Positions 15,655 through 29,539 of a stretch of 64,000 nucleotides of DNA are shown piece after piece. The DNA lies in NCBI RefSeq assembly GCF_009914755.1, contig NC_060938.1; one strand, given 5' to 3'. Source of the stretch: the human T2T-CHM13v2.0 reference genome, Homo sapiens. Position numbers and translations under genes: made by a program. A model generated the notes under the pieces. It made no database searches. It had not been told where the DNA came from and worked only from the letters and a program-made list of their open reading frames with translations. Position 1 is the first letter of the stretch, and each line of letters starts with the position of its first letter.

Positions 15655-15992
15655 TTCTAGTTACCTATTGCTGCCTAACAAACCATCCTAAACTCAGGGT
15701 TGCTATAATAACAAACAAGTTATTTTTATTTTTAGGTCATATGGCTCAGGGGGCTGACTAGGCTCAGATGGGTGGGTTTTGCTCACAATCCCATATAAGG
15801 TTACAGTCAGATAATGGCCAGGACTGGAATCATTGCAAAGTCATCCTCATCCATATGTAAGGCAAATGATGCTGGAAATCTCTCCATGTGATCTAGACTT
15901 TTCCACAGCAGTGACTGGGTTCCCAGGACAATACTACTGAGAGAAAGGAGGAGAGATGCTGTGTTGCTCTTTAAAGTCTAGCCTAAGAAGTC
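15655..15992 (-). mobile_element. MLT1-type MaLR LTR fragment
   Basis: agttacctattgctgcctaacaaaccatcctaaactcag...ctctccatgtg...ctagcctaagaagtc. Confidence 0.65.
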
Positions 15993-16391
15993 TTTTTAAG
16001 TAAACAAAAATTGAGATAATTTATCAGAAATAGGTCTAGAATTTAAGAATGTTAAAGGAGTTTCTTTAGGTGATGGATTTTGCATAAACCTGGGATTATG
16101 GAGGTTTTCTGCCTCTCTTCTAGTGGCTAATATTTGCTTCATAGGCGAGAATACTCTGGAAAACTGTGTGAGATTTCTAGGCCAAACCCCAAAGCAGTAA
16201 ATCACCCACTGCATAATTTTGCCTGCAACAGGAATATCCCTCTCCTGTTCCATGCTCAGTTCCCAATCTTTCTCAAGAGCATCTAGTGATGACCCATGGA
16301 AAAGATCTTGAGGGTGTGTGTGAAATAATCTTGTTACAAAACACTCACAGTTCTCTAAATTGCCATGCTACCTTATTTTTGCTCTTTTAAT

Positions 16392-16692
16392 TTTTCCTTT
16401 TTTTTTTTCCTTTGAGACACAGTCTTGCTCTGTTGCCCAAGCTGAAGTGCAGTGGCAAGATCTAGGCTCATTGCAACACTGACCTCCCAGACTCAGGTAA
16501 TCCTCCTCAGCCTCCAAAGTAGCTGGTGCTACAGGCATGTACCACCATGCCTGGCTAATTTTTTGCATTTTTTGTAGAGACAGGGTTTTGCCGTGCTGCC
16601 CACGCTGGTCTTGAACTTGTTGGCTCAAGCAATCCTCCCCGCTCAGCCTCCCAAAGTGCTGGGATTACAGGATTGAGTTGCCACACCCAGGC
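16392..16692 (-). mobile_element. AluJ
   Basis: Diverged dimeric Alu (ggctcaagcaatcctccc); TSD-like tgctcttt on both sides. Confidence 0.9.
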
Positions 16693-16969
16693 CTGCTCTT
16701 TAAGAATGTGTTAAAATTGTTGTTTTTTCTTACATGATTTTATTATCCTCATTTTTTCTTCCAGTACTTTGCCAAAGGTGAAACAGTTCCCGTGTTCCAT
16801 GTTTTCCAAGAGAAATTTGTCACCCTTTGGAATTCAAAATACTTATTGCTATATGACTTCATATCTCTGATTACCTTAAAACAAACAACACAGTTCTGTA
16901 TGTTGTTTAGCTATTTTCTTACTGCTACTGGAATAATGACATTCACTTGGGTCTTTCCATGTCCTAAAC

Positions 16970-17848
16970 AGAGTGAAACTATTATATCTTTACCAATGAT
17001 GTATCTTTTTGCTGGATGTAGAATTTTCCTTTGACAGTTTATTTTTCCCTTTGAACATTCTAAGAATAGCTTTTCATATTTGCCTTAATTGCATCATTGT
17101 GATAAGCAAGATTTTTAAAGTTTTATCTCTTTTAAATGTATCATATATCTTTTTGGCTGACTTTAAGGTTTGCCTTTTTACTTCAGTTTTCAACATTTGA
17201 CTACTATGTACCTAGTTATAATTTTGGGGGGTTTATCATGCTTTAAATTTGCTGAGCTCCATGGACATATGAGTTGATATTCTTGATAAAAATTGATATT
17301 GGGACCTTATTTCTTCAAATATTCTTCTTCCTCAATTTTTATCTTCTTTAGTTTTCTTCTTCTCTTCCATTAAAAATCTATTAGTTTCTTTGATATAATC
17401 TATTTTTTAAAGAATTGGTCTTACATGTGTATATATGTGAAAAACATGGAAAAGAAGAAAGTAATTATAAAATCTAAACATGTTTAGAACAATTTAGAAT
17501 AACTGTCTGCACACAGACTCTTTCTCTATGTGCTTCAATTAAGATAATTTTTATATATTTATCATTTCTTCTGTAGTGCCTAATCTACTGTTAAGCATAT
17601 TCACTAATTCTTTATTTTATAGATAATAATTTTATTCTATAATTTCTAGTCGGTTCTTTTTTACATTATTTCATTTCTCTGCTGAGATTCCTATCTCCTA
17701 ACTCATCATATTCATCTTTTTTTAATTAAATCATCAACCTCATTTATAATTGGCTTCAAATTCCTTGTTGGCTAGTTTTAACATCTGTGTTAACTATATT
17801 ATATGCTATATATTGTCAATGCTATACTTCTGACAGCCTAGAATGTAT

Positions 17849-17883
<35 letters not shown>

Positions 17884-17930
17884 TTTTAAAGGGTATTCAC
17901 TTCTGTTCTACCAACATGTTTTTAAAATAG
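16970..17930 (-). mobile_element. Ancient L1M (ORF1 region) with (ATTT)n at 17845-17886
   Basis: ttcagttttcaacatttgactactatgtacctag...tttgctgagctc...atttcttcaaatatt resembles the L1M ORF1 reverse complement. Confidence 0.55.
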
Positions 17931-18659
17931 TAAATAAGCTTGGTTGTCCCCATACTCTGTTTCAAGATTTTGAGGGAAGTTCAAGAATAGTCAATTTTCT
18001 CATGCTACAATAGCTTTATTTCTAAAATATGGTGAAGTTTTAATTTATAACAACTTCAGGCTGGCTCCTCTTTCAAAGAAACTTTTGCTTTTCTTTCTCT
18101 AGCTCTGCTTTACTTTAAAAGAATATAAATATTTTTTCATGATTGGCCAAATCATGGTGTCATAGAATCAGAGGGTTTTGTTTATGCTGTGTCCCATTTA
18201 TTCTATTTTGTACTAATGACATTTGCTGTGGAACGATACTGATATGAAGAACACTTGTCTAGTGCTTAATTTTATGCAATACTCTTCCACACGAGCAACA
18301 TAGAACTGATCAATTTGCAAACCATTATTACTTTTGGAATTGCTCCCAGGAGAGAAAAAATAACAATTTTCCTATTTCATCTTCTTAAGAGTCACTCTTT
18401 TCTTATCATTACCCTCATTTTTTTGTGATAAAATTTTTTTTTTACTTTCATAGTAACAAAATTTATGGCATCAGTTTACTAAAAGGTGTGAAGAAGTCAG
18501 CTAAATAACTAGTGCTGACAGCTGTAATTCATTTCCTCAGCAATCAATACGCTCCAAAATGAAATCACTTATAAAAACATCTCAGAAAGCAATTTATAGG
18601 AATCAATTACTACCCATGATGGAGAGGTATTATAAGCTGTTATCTAATAATAAAGAGAA

Positions 18660-19410
18660 CAATCTATCAGATATAACTGACCCACAAATGACAAATTAAT
18701 AGAATTATGATCAAAGGAATAGAAAAAGACATTAGAACAGTGACTGTAACTATATTCCATATGTTCAAGAACCTAGAGAAAGATTGAAGATGTTAAGTTG
18801 TATTAGCCCGTTTTCATGCTGCTGATAAAGACATACTCGAGACTGGGCAATTTACAAAAGAAAGAAGTTTAATTGGACTTACAGTTCCACATGGCAGGGG
18901 AAGCCTCACAATCATGACAGGAGGCAAGGAGGAGCAAGTCACCTCTTAAATGGATGGTAGCAGGCAAAGAGAGAGATTGGGCAGGGAAATTTCCCCTTAT
19001 GATACCATCAGATCTCATGAGACTTATTAGCTATCATGAGAACAGCATGGGAAAGACCTGCACCCATAATTCAACTGCCTCCCTCCAGATCCCTCTCACA
19101 ACATGTGGGAATTCAAGATAAGATTTGGGTGGGGACACAGCCAAACCATATCATAAATGGAGACATAGAAGAATCAAAAAGACACAAATCAACTTCTAGA
19201 GATGAAACTATATTTAAGATTAAACAATACACTTGATGGAACTAATAGAAGGTTATGTTTTGCAGAAAAAAAGTAACAAATTTAAAGACATAGCAATAGA
19301 AAGTATCCAAAAGGAAATGCATAGAAAAAACGAATAGACTATCATTGAGCTGTGGGCAACTTCAAGCAGACTAATATGTGTATAATTAAAGCAACTGAAG
19401 TCTCCACAAG
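18660..19410 (+). mobile_element. Ancient L1M ORF1 fragment, interrupted by THE1
   Basis: taactatattccatatgttcaagaacctagagaaagattgaagatgttaag...aaatcaacttctagagatgaaa...aaagacatagcaatagaaagtatcc. Confidence 0.65.
18799..19153 (-). mobile_element. THE1A/B solo LTR
   Basis: TGtattagcccgttttcatgctgctgataaagacatac...ggggacacagccaaaccatatCA; 355 bp; TSD taagt/taaat. Confidence 0.93.
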
Positions 19411-19414
19411 AGGG

Positions 19415-21460
19415 CTGTGTGGTGGTTTTCAAATATAACCACAAATTCATTGATATTCCTTTTTTAATATATGGAGCCTTGTATTGATGCTCTTGAATGT
19501 GAAATGGACTTATGACTTGGTTCTAAAGAATAAAGTGACAATGATGGAGTGTGACTTTGGAGAGTAGGTCATAAGAGGTACCATAGCTTTCTTCTCAGTC
19601 ATTCACATTTGAGAAGAAATTAGCTGCCATGTTGTAAAAATAGTCCTACCTGTTAAAAAACTAACGCCTTTTGCCAACAAGAATTGAGGAACTGAGGCAT
19701 CCTGCCAACAGTCATGTGAGTGAGTTACCTTTAAACACATTCTTTAGTCCAGATAAGCCATTAGATGACAGCAGCCCTGTCCAACAAATGACTATAACCG
19801 CATGAGAGACTCTGATTCAGAACTATCCAGTAAGCTTCTTCTGAATTCCTACTCACAGAAACAATGATATAATATTCAGTTATTAAAGCTGCTAGTTTTT
19901 ATTTAGGAATTTATAATATATTGGGAATTTATAATATATTTAGGAATTTATAATTGATATTGATATAGTATAACATGAATAACATGTTATACAGCAATAG
20001 ATTACTAATACACATTTTTATGCCTAAAAGTGAGGAACTGCCACAAAATAACTCTATACTGTGACAATGACTATTAAACTGAACAGTGGGAAGAAGCTGG
20101 GAACATTTGAGAGGGTTTATAAAAGCTGAAAAAGCCTAGAATAAAGTGTCTGTAGAAGCACCATGGACTTTTGGGAGGCTATAAGTGAGGACTTAAAGGA
20201 AAGTGGGAAAAATTTTAAATTGGAGGAGACTGGATACTTGTTACATGGTGGGAGTTAGAAATACTGTCCTCTCTAATAATATTTAACATAAAAAACACTC
20301 CTAATGAACTGGATTACCTAGCTAAGGACATTCCCACTCTCAGTGTTGAACGTGCTTTCTGGTGGCTTCTTACTGCTTACAGTAAAATGTGAGAGGAAAG
20401 AGATAAACAATGGAAATGCTCTAAAACAATAATAATTAGAGGTTTAATAGCATTGAAAATTATCAGACTTCCCAAAAAGCAAAACATGTTAAAAATCAAG
20501 CAATGGCTTCCAAGAAATGGTCAAATACAGTTCACTGTAAGAAAATCATTGTCTAAATATGAAACCAAAGGCATGAATGTAAAATGTGTTGTTAGGATCT
20601 CAGACATATCAATGGTCTTGCCTCAAACAAAAGATCCATTCAAGAATTTAATTAATCATCTCATGGATCCTTTCAAACAAATGATAGGTTTTCTAAGAAG
20701 CTTAAAGGCACTGTCCTTGCTGTCACAGTAGAAGTCCTATGTAGAGAAGACTTATCTTGAAGAAATTTGTGAGTATAAGTTTTGAGAATGAAGTGAACCC
20801 CAGTATTATTCATCTGGGACCTACGAAATTTGAAAACAATTACATTCACTAAACACTGTGAATTTACAATTAAGACATGAAGGTGGTAAAAAGCGAAAAG
20901 TTTTTGGATTCCCAAAATTTGACCAGCAGGAAGCAGCCTAAGTAAATTATGCACCAGCAAACATGGGTTACTTTTACAGAAAAGAAGGATGATTGAGAGG
21001 GAGAAACCAAGAGCCCAAAAAGCATAATAAAAAGCCCCAGAAGGCAAAGACAATTGTCAGGAAGCATTATTTCTTAGAAAGACTATCATGAGTTATAATC
21101 AAGGACCTTCTAACACTTGTTTGGATGACTTTCAAAATGAGCATGAATTAATGATTTTGTTATTTCCATTTTTCCCTTTGTGAACAGGAATGTCTATAAT
21201 AGTTATTGTATATCTGTCCCACTACTGTGTGTGGAGAGTGGGTGGGCATCACGTCTGTTTATACCTTAGGTCATACTTCAGTAACTGTATCTAAGAAACT
21301 AAAGTGAGGCAGCAGCTTCTCCATATGGAACTGATATAAATGGCAAGATAAGGAACTTTTTGTTAGTTATATAATGGGATAAGACTTTGGAAACTTGGAA
21401 AGAAATGAATGTATTTTGCATATGATAGGATTATAAATAGTTTATCACCAGAAGCTAGCA
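19415..21460 (+). mobile_element. MLT1 (F/G-like) LTR (~19415-20011) plus MLT1 internal sequence
   Basis: LTR ends cagcaatagattactaataca and is followed by MaLR-int-like sequence ending gaatgtattttgcatatg...ccagaagctagcac. The 3' LTR appears lost at the L1M junction. Confidence 0.65.
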
Positions 21461-21469
21461 CTGTATATT

Positions 21470-22620
21470 GCAAAGATTTGTCTTTTCTTTATTAAATTAT
21501 CTTGGCATATTTGTCAAAACTCAGTTGACTTTATATGTGTGGGTTTATAGTAGGTTACTCTATTCTGTCACACATATTTATGTATCCATACTTTTACCAA
21601 TACTACACTGTCTTGATTAACACTGTCTTGAAGTAGTGTGTGCTCTCATTTTTTTCTTTTTCAAAATTGTCTTGACTATTATAGTTTTTTATTTTTCATG
21701 TAAATTTTAGAATCAGCTTGTAAATTTTTACAAAAGAAGTCCCCCTAAAATTTTGATTGTAATGCATTAAATTTGTACAAAAATTTAGTTTCTTAACAAC
21801 TTCTCGAGAATGGTGAGTCTTCCTATCTTTGAACTTACAAATCTCTCCATTAATTTCAATCTTTTGGATTTCTTTCATGAATATTTTGTAGTTTTCAGCA
21901 TAGAGATGTTTACATTTTTGGTGCTATGTATACTTATTTCATGTTTTTCCGTACTATTATAAATATTATTGCTTTTTCAATTTTAATTTCCAGTTGTTCA
22001 TTGCTATTATGTAGAAATATAATTGATTGTCATATATATATCTTAAATATATTGACTTCATTAAGCTCACAATATTTGTAGTAACTAATTTTTGTATCTT
22101 TGGATTTCTCTATGCAGACAATTATTTTGCCTGTGCATAGAAACAGTTTATATCTTCCTTTCCAAATGTATGCCTTTTACTCCTTTTTCGTATTTTATTG
22201 TACAGTCCAGAGCCTCCAGGATAATGTTGAATAGGAGTGGAGCGATTGAATATTCTTTCCTTGTTTACTATTTTTGGGAGAAAGGGTTTCACTGTTATCT
22301 ATAATGTGAGCTATAAGCTTTGTTTTTAATAGATAGCCTTTATCAGGTGGAGGAATTTATAATACGTTGATATTGACATTTTCTGCATTTAATGAAATTA
22401 TTATTTTTTCCTTTTTTGTATGTTTAATTATATTGTTTTTCACATGTTGAATCAACTCTACATTTCCTATATAAACCCACTTGTCAGGATGTATTACACC
22501 TTTATACATTGCTAGATTGGACTTCCTGACATGTTGTTTGTAATCTTTGTGTCTAAGTCCATTATATACCCTGTAGTTATATTTTCTTATAATATATTTT
22601 TATCATTCTTGAATAATTTA
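21470..22620 (-). mobile_element. Ancient L1M ORF2 fragment
   Basis: ORF 21696-21878 (...KIYKLILKF) and aggataatgttgaataggagtgg are L1 ORF2-like. Confidence 0.8.
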
Positions 22621-23056
22621 TTTTTGAACTTCATGTCTCTCTTCTAATGTTAGACTTATATTTAAGCTTTAACAGGGCAACACCTTTGCCAAAATCAAAA
22701 ACTCCTTTAATCAGCAATGTGTCACTTATGTCATACAAAGTTGTTTAAAAGAAATAACCCGTAAGCTTTATAAATTCCAATTTTCATTACTTATTTAATA
22801 CTAAAGATATGATTCTCTGTTGCTAGGGAATTCAGGGAATTCAATGTTATATTTTAGGAATACTAAGTAAGGAAAATGCTAAAAATAAAGCATTTTAACT
22901 AAGTGAGTAGGTTTTTAAAATTACTATTACTAGTTTACCTAAACACCAGCTCAGAGTGTTGTGATTATCAAATGCACTGACATGTAGTTTGGTATGTTAT
23001 TCAGCATCCATTATCTCCTTCCTTGTTACTAACTTAGGGATTTTGTTTCATGTATA

Positions 23057-23932
23057 TGTTGCCAGAGGGCTTAGGTGCGTCTCCAGGTACTGGTGAGATC
23101 ACTAACCCCAGCGTGGTGTTCCAGGTTCTTGAAACTGCCCCAAGAAAGCATTCAGAGACAAGTTAGAATGAAGCAAAAGGCAAGAAGCGTTTATTGCAAA
23201 CTGAAAGTACACACTCAAGAGTGGGAATGCAGGTGTATTTGGGAGAGTAAGTCATGCACAATGGAGTTTGGGTTTCTAATTTTATGGGCTCTTCTAATTA
23301 GGGAGTGGAATAATCATGAGGTTTTCTAGGGAAAAGGTGGAGATTTCTTACAATTGAGATGCCACTAATTCTTATACTCAATATAGGCATGCTCGGATCT
23401 GTCATGATACTGGTGGATGTGTGATTTAGTATGGTAATAAGCACATAATTAAGTCTGTGATATGGCATGGGTCAAACCCAACACTATGTTGGACCCAGCC
23501 AGTTTCAACTAGCTTAGGCCCCACCCTGTTTTGTTAGGATCATATCAGCCCAGAACTCATCGTCGTCCTTGTAGCTAATGTTAACAACTCCTTTCTTGCT
23601 GTTATGTGAAATTACTGCTGATATGTTTCCCACTTCTCCTGTGACCACCCAGCATTCCTATTTTATAGGTGTTTCTTTAATTAGGGGGTGGAATAGTCAT
23701 TAGATATTCTAGAAAAGGAGGGGATTTCAAGGACCCTCAGTTGCTGACCCCTTTTCCCCTTCTTTGGGTTTGCCTGAGTCATGGACATGTCACCCTGATC
23801 GGGATTTTGGCCATTTTCTCTCCCTTATGTTGGGCTTTCTGTTATCCTATGGTTTCTTTGTCTAGTTCTTGTTTCAACTGTCATTTGGGTTTTTCCATCG
23901 TCCTGTTACCATACAGCACTATTCCTACATCA
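23057..23932 (-). mobile_element. ERV1-class solo LTR (subfamily not identified)
   Basis: TG...CA ends, TSD-like tata/tatc, and minus-strand AATAAA (gtttattg) near the left end as in MER4-group LTRs. Confidence 0.6.
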
Positions 23933-24139
23933 TATCCATCTCTCCTCCACCAGTTAATGCACTTCAGAAGAAACTGATCCCAGCATAACCTATAGGGCTG
24001 GACTTTTTTACTTAAGACATTAGATTTCATTCCTTTAACTTCAGTGGCTATTTCTGAGGTAGATATATGATATATACCAAATCATTAAGACGAATTTCAG
24101 ATATCTTATTTAATATTCTGTAAGAATAACTCCCTCTTC

Positions 24140-24380
24140 TCTTTTGGCTGATGGTACATGTGATATGAAGCCTTGAAGTGCTGTAGTCATTTGGTTATCA
24201 TGAAAGAAAGGAGCCTTATACAAAAGTGAACCATATAGTGAAGAAAAGAAATGGGATTCTTTAGTGACCATTTAGGCACTGAATTAGATAATTCCAGAAG
24301 CTCACTCTATATCTGCACTTTCAATGATGTAAGCCAACTTTATTTAGGTTTCCTGTTATTTATAAGTATTTGCATCCTGA
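24140..24380 (+). mobile_element. MLT1 (I-K-like) LTR fragment
   Basis: gtgatatgaagccttgaagtgctgtagtcatttgg...atgtaagccaac...tttcctgttatttataa. Confidence 0.45.
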
Positions 24381-24549
24381 AAGAAGAATAATGTTTATGA
24401 AATTATTTTATGAATTTGGTTATGACATTTTCCTCAATAAAGCCATTTTATAATTTCCAATTGTTTAAGGGGGTAAAGGTACAGTTTATAATATAATCAG
24501 CCAGTCACTGCCTAAAGTAGACTAGGGAGGCCACCCTCCCTTTCACTCT

Positions 24550-24890
24550 CTAAACTTCAGCCCACAGTTCTTTCACTCTTTCAAATATACCATATCCTGT
24601 CCTGCTTGAGGATTTTGTATATGCTATTTTTTCCACCTGGGATGCCTCCCTTTGCCTATTCATTGAGAATATCTCACCCTGACCAGTATTTCTTTCAAGA
24701 CACCTCTACTTATGACCACCCAACCAGATTACATATTCCTATTACTCCTTTTTTTTCTTTCTTTTTTTTTTGGCTCAGTTGATAAATGTCTGCCTCCCCA
24801 CAGGATTTCAAGGCATCTTCTTTGCAGCCATTTTATACCCAGTGCTTATATTAAGGATATAACATAATAAATCTTCAATAAATATTAATA
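24550..24890 (+). mobile_element. L2 3' fragment
   Basis: gaggattttgtatatgctattttttccacctgggatgcc...cccagtgc...ttcaataaatatt. Confidence 0.55.
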
Positions 24891-24965
24891 AAATTATATT
24901 TTATATAATTACACATGATTGAAAATTATATATTAACAAAATTATTAACATTATTTTAATGGCAC

Positions 24966-26338
24966 TATAATCTATTTTTACTCACAACATTACTAACATC
25001 ATATGTGTGGGTTTTGTCCATACCAAAACCACTTCTTCAATTCTCTGGACCACCAACTGGATGTGCCACAATTCAGTTCAACTGTGACATCAACTACCCG
25101 GAGTAATTGTCAGACTCCACCAGTTTAAGGGATCCATACCACAAGATTGTCCTCATTACAGATACAAGTTACAAGAATCGTAAGCCTAGGGTACGCACAC
25201 TTCTGTCTGAGCTGGCTGTAATGATAAGGATTCCTACAACCTCCTCCTTCAGGTTCAATCATTTCTAGAATGGTTCACAGAACTCAGGAAGACACTTTAC
25301 TTAACTGTCATTGGTTTACTATAAAGAATACAATCAAATACAGCCAGATTAAGAGGTACATTGGGCTAGGTCTGGAAGGATCCTGAACACAGGAGTTTGG
25401 GTGTGCCACACTCCCGGCATGTGGATGTGTTTGCCAGCTCTGAAGTTCTACAAATACCCTTGTTTAGGGTGTTTTTTTGTTTGTTTGTTTTGTTTTTGTT
25501 TTTGTTTTTTGGACGTTTTGCTACAGGAAAGGAGCCCTGATGCAGATCCCAAGAGAGGGTTCTTGGATCTTGCACAAGAAACAATTCAGGGCGAGTCCAT
25601 AAAGTGAAAGCAAGTTTATTAAGAAAGTGAAGGAATAAAACAATGGCTACTCCATAGACAGAGCAGCCCTGAGGGCTGCTGGTTGCCCATTTTATGGTTA
25701 TTTCTTGATTATATGCTGAACAAAGGGTGGATTATTCATGCCTCCTCTGTTTAGACCATATAGGGAAACTTCCTGATGTTGCCATGGCATTTGTAAACTG
25801 TCATGGCACTGATAGGAGTATAGCAGTGAGGACAACCAGCGGTCACTCTCATGGCCATCTTGCTTTTGGTGGGTTTCAGCCACTTCTTCCCTGCAACCTG
25901 TTTCATCAGCAAGGTCTTTATGTCCTGTATCTGGTGCTGACCTTCTATCTCATCCTGTGACTTAGAATGGCTTAACCATCTGGGAATGCAGCACAATAGG
26001 TTTCAGCCTCATTTTACCCAGCTCCTATTCAAAATGCAGTTGTTCTGATTCACAAGACACCGACAGTTTCACTACATAAGCATGATTGATTACATCAATG
26101 GCCATTGGTAGTTATAGGTAGTTATAGGATGCGGCTAAAATTTTTAAGCTTCAAATCAAGACGGTCTTTCTGGCAACGAAACTCCATCCTAAAGCTATCT
26201 AGAAGCACCTCAGCCAAAAAGTCATATCATTAGCCTATGAAAGTCACTCCTCACTCAGGAGATTCAATGGGTTTAAGAAGCTAGGTGCCAGTAAACAGGA
26301 ACTAAGCCCAAATATATATATTTCTTTATTGTGCCACA
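24966..26338 (-). mobile_element. MER21 LTR, interrupted by MER41A
   Basis: caccaactggatgtgccacaattcagttcaactgtgaca...agcatgattgattacatcaatggccattggt...atatatttctttattgtgccaca; possible TSD ggcac/ggcat. Confidence 0.75.
25519..26065 (-). mobile_element. MER41A solo LTR
   Basis: 547 bp matching the recalled MER41A consensus end to end; exact 4-bp TSD GTTT at 25515-25518 and 26066-26069. Confidence 0.9.
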
Positions 26339-27539
26339 GGCATGGAATTTTAAAATGTGGTTAGAATGGTTTATAATAAATGATAATTACTAGGAAAGAA
26401 GTTTTTATTATATCATATGGTCATAAATGAGGGAGAGTTTGAATAATAAACTTGTCTTTAAATATTGAACTATACTGGGTTTTGGAGGAAATAAAAAAAG
26501 AAAAAAAAATCCAGTGCTTCCTAAAGCAGAGTTGACTCACTTCCTAAAATATCTGTTAACTATTATACTCATATATATGCAATAGGCAAACTTCCAAAAT
26601 GATTCTAAAATTATATTTTAAGATATATATGACTTTAGCTTGCTTAATTTATTTTTGTTAGTTTGAGTCTTTTGGCAGAATACATACTTCGGGTTTCTTT
26701 TTCTCAATTCCCAGATAGTGAAAAATTTATAATTTAGCAAAGCATTACTCTTATTAATGAAATAATTTACACTTGCATGTTATAAAGTTTTTCAATCAAT
26801 TATGTGGTACATGGTAACTGTTACATATGTGGCTGTGATTTTCTTTTTTTTACAGCTGTGAATGGTAGATTTATATAGTATTGTTCTGTATCCCATTTTC
26901 TCCTTGGAAATCTGCAATGTTGAATTGAAATGCATGAAATTTAAGACTGGACTGTTTCAGCCTGGGAGATGTTGAAGGGACAACATCAGTTTTCATGGCA
27001 GTTGTCTTATTCTTCAACTACTGGGGAAAACAAAAAAACAAATAATGAAATGAACAAAAAATTTAACTCTAATCAGGCATCCAAGAAATCTCTCTTTTGT
27101 CTCCCATTTCAGGAGATTGAAAAGAAAATGGATGAAATAAAATGATTTTTACAAATGTCTTATGATGTTAATATTTCTTAGGGAGCAAGCTATAGAAATG
27201 TTAGAAGCTGCTAAAAGTAGGGGATATATTTGGGAGCAGATTACACTGCCAGTTTTTCATTGTTTAGCACATTTTATAGCCCCCCCTAAAGATTACGCCT
27301 TAATAACATTACCAAATATAATCTAACATGGGCCAAAGAGTAGAAAATAATTTCTACTAGGATAGAGTACAGTTATTAGACATAATCAAAGTAATGCCCT
27401 GATCATGTTCAGTGGTTTGGGGATGATCAGAGATATTCATAATGACATAAATACCTAATTTGTCTGAAATTAAAGAAAAGGTGACTCACAAAATGAGAGT
27501 CTTGGGTATGCTCCTGGTTGAACAGAGATGATATGTTCA

Positions 27540-27910
27540 CCCTTTGGAGAAGTAATGAATCCTCATTGAAAATGGGTTAGAATATCAAGATTGATGGCAC
27601 AACACACATACCAAAATGAATCAATAGATTTATCCATAACATAATGAGGCTTTTGAGAGAAGCAGGGGAGGCTCCCAAGCATGTCCTAAAATGGCTGGAT
27701 AGAGCAAGGAGAAATGACCAGTCTGGGCTTTTACTGGGGTTAAGGGTGGGGCTAATGTGATGGTTTCCTCATGAAATCCAGGGACCATGTGATTTGAACT
27801 GCTTGCCAGTGCCACAGGAAATAGCATATAGCTTTCTGATTGGTTTGCCCAAATGTGAGGCAAGAAGAGAAGAGGGAGAGGGGAGGATTGAAATTGTCTG
27901 CAGTTTAACA
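27540..27910 (-). mobile_element. Degenerate ERV LTR (unidentified)
   Basis: GC-richer LTR-like block (ggcttttactggggttaagggtgggg...tttgcccaaatgtgaggc) ending in ...aaca. Confidence 0.35.
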
Positions 27911-29539
27911 TTTAAAATTGAGTTAGCCTTTCTATTACAATAGGTTTATTTGACAAGTCCTGTACAACGGAATCCTGCTTAGGTATGTTAGTTATGCAAT
28001 ACACCTTATCCCCAAGGGAAGGGTCCTTATCTACTGACCCCAACCAATGTACCACCACCACCATAGCCACTAATGTTCTGGTCTGGAAGAGGAGTTTTGC
28101 CACTGATAAAAGGGGAGGAGACCTAACTGGGTTTTAATGCTCAGATGCACATATTTTCAAGAAAAATAAATAATTGTAGTGCTCTTGCTTGTAGTGGTTT
28201 TGCTTCCTCGTGGGGTATAGTGAAGGCTTCAGTGAAACATCCCTTTTAGTTGTTTTTATTTTTTCTCCTTTTAAGATTTTTTTTATTGTATTTTCTTTTC
28301 TGGCCTTTTTGCCCATGTCATCCTTTTAGATATCTTATTCTGCTTCCTCTTCTTATTTTTGGGAATATTTCTCTGTCTAGATTCACACTGCTGTTTCAGT
28401 AAGGGCTGAGGATTAAGCATACTTTGTAATCTTATTACTAGTGGTACCTCTCCTTATAAAGTGAAGTGAAAATTTAAATAAGGCCTTGGAGAGAGTATGT
28501 ATACAGTATTTTGGCATGCCTATTGTTGCTCGCATATTGTCCTGTTCAGTTCATATGATAAACTCTCATCCTAACTAGCACACAGTAAACAAGACTGAAT
28601 ACATCTCAGTCACATATATATGATAATATTGTAAATGAGTCATTGGATATAACTTAGCACAGTGCCAGATATACAGCAAACCTCAGTAAATGATAGCTGT
28701 TATTATTAATATTATTATTATAACATAACTAGCACATCTTGTGTTCTTGATTTCATGGTCATGAGAATAGAATGAAGAAAATCTTGGTTTGCTATCAAGT
28801 AAAGATAGATATATTTATATATACCTTTCCGTATGTGTATCCACATGATAGATGGAGTTCTGTGACATGCTCTGGTATAAACCTTTGGAAGAAGCTATGC
28901 TAATCTCTCAAACTCTCAGAATGCTCATATGGACTTGGGAATGATGGCAAGAATGTGTCAGTAAGTGGTGGCAGTCATGCTAAAATAATACAGGAGAGCA
29001 ATCTGGTCATAATTCAGCATAGAAGAATCAATAAATGTCCACAAGCAAGTCTAATAGTACCCTATGGATCTATAATTTATACCTCTTTTATTCTTCAAAG
29101 CATCTTGTGAAGTGAGGACCATGTCATGCTCTTTTAGAAGGACAGAAAGGCTAAGGCCCCAGAAATCATTCAGTTTGTTTCATTTATTTCATTACACTCA
29201 TGCATTCAATTTGCTTATTGGGAGTGCTTCAAAGCACCATGTTAGACAAGAGACATACAGATATATCTGTAAGTCCATAGGTATAACTGTATGTGTGAGT
29301 GTGTGCGTGTATAAATAAATATGATAAATATATAGATTTAATAAAACATAGATGAGTCCTGACCAAACTCGTGCTAGAACTACCTATGTTGTTAAGTAGG
29401 CAAATGAATCTAAGAAGTTTTACATTTGGATCTATAACCCGAATTCTTTCCCAAAGTTTAGGCTCGTATCTGCTATTTTAAAAAGATATATCTTAAAATT
29501 TTAAAAGACAAAATAGCAAAAAAAAAGAACCCTTGACCT

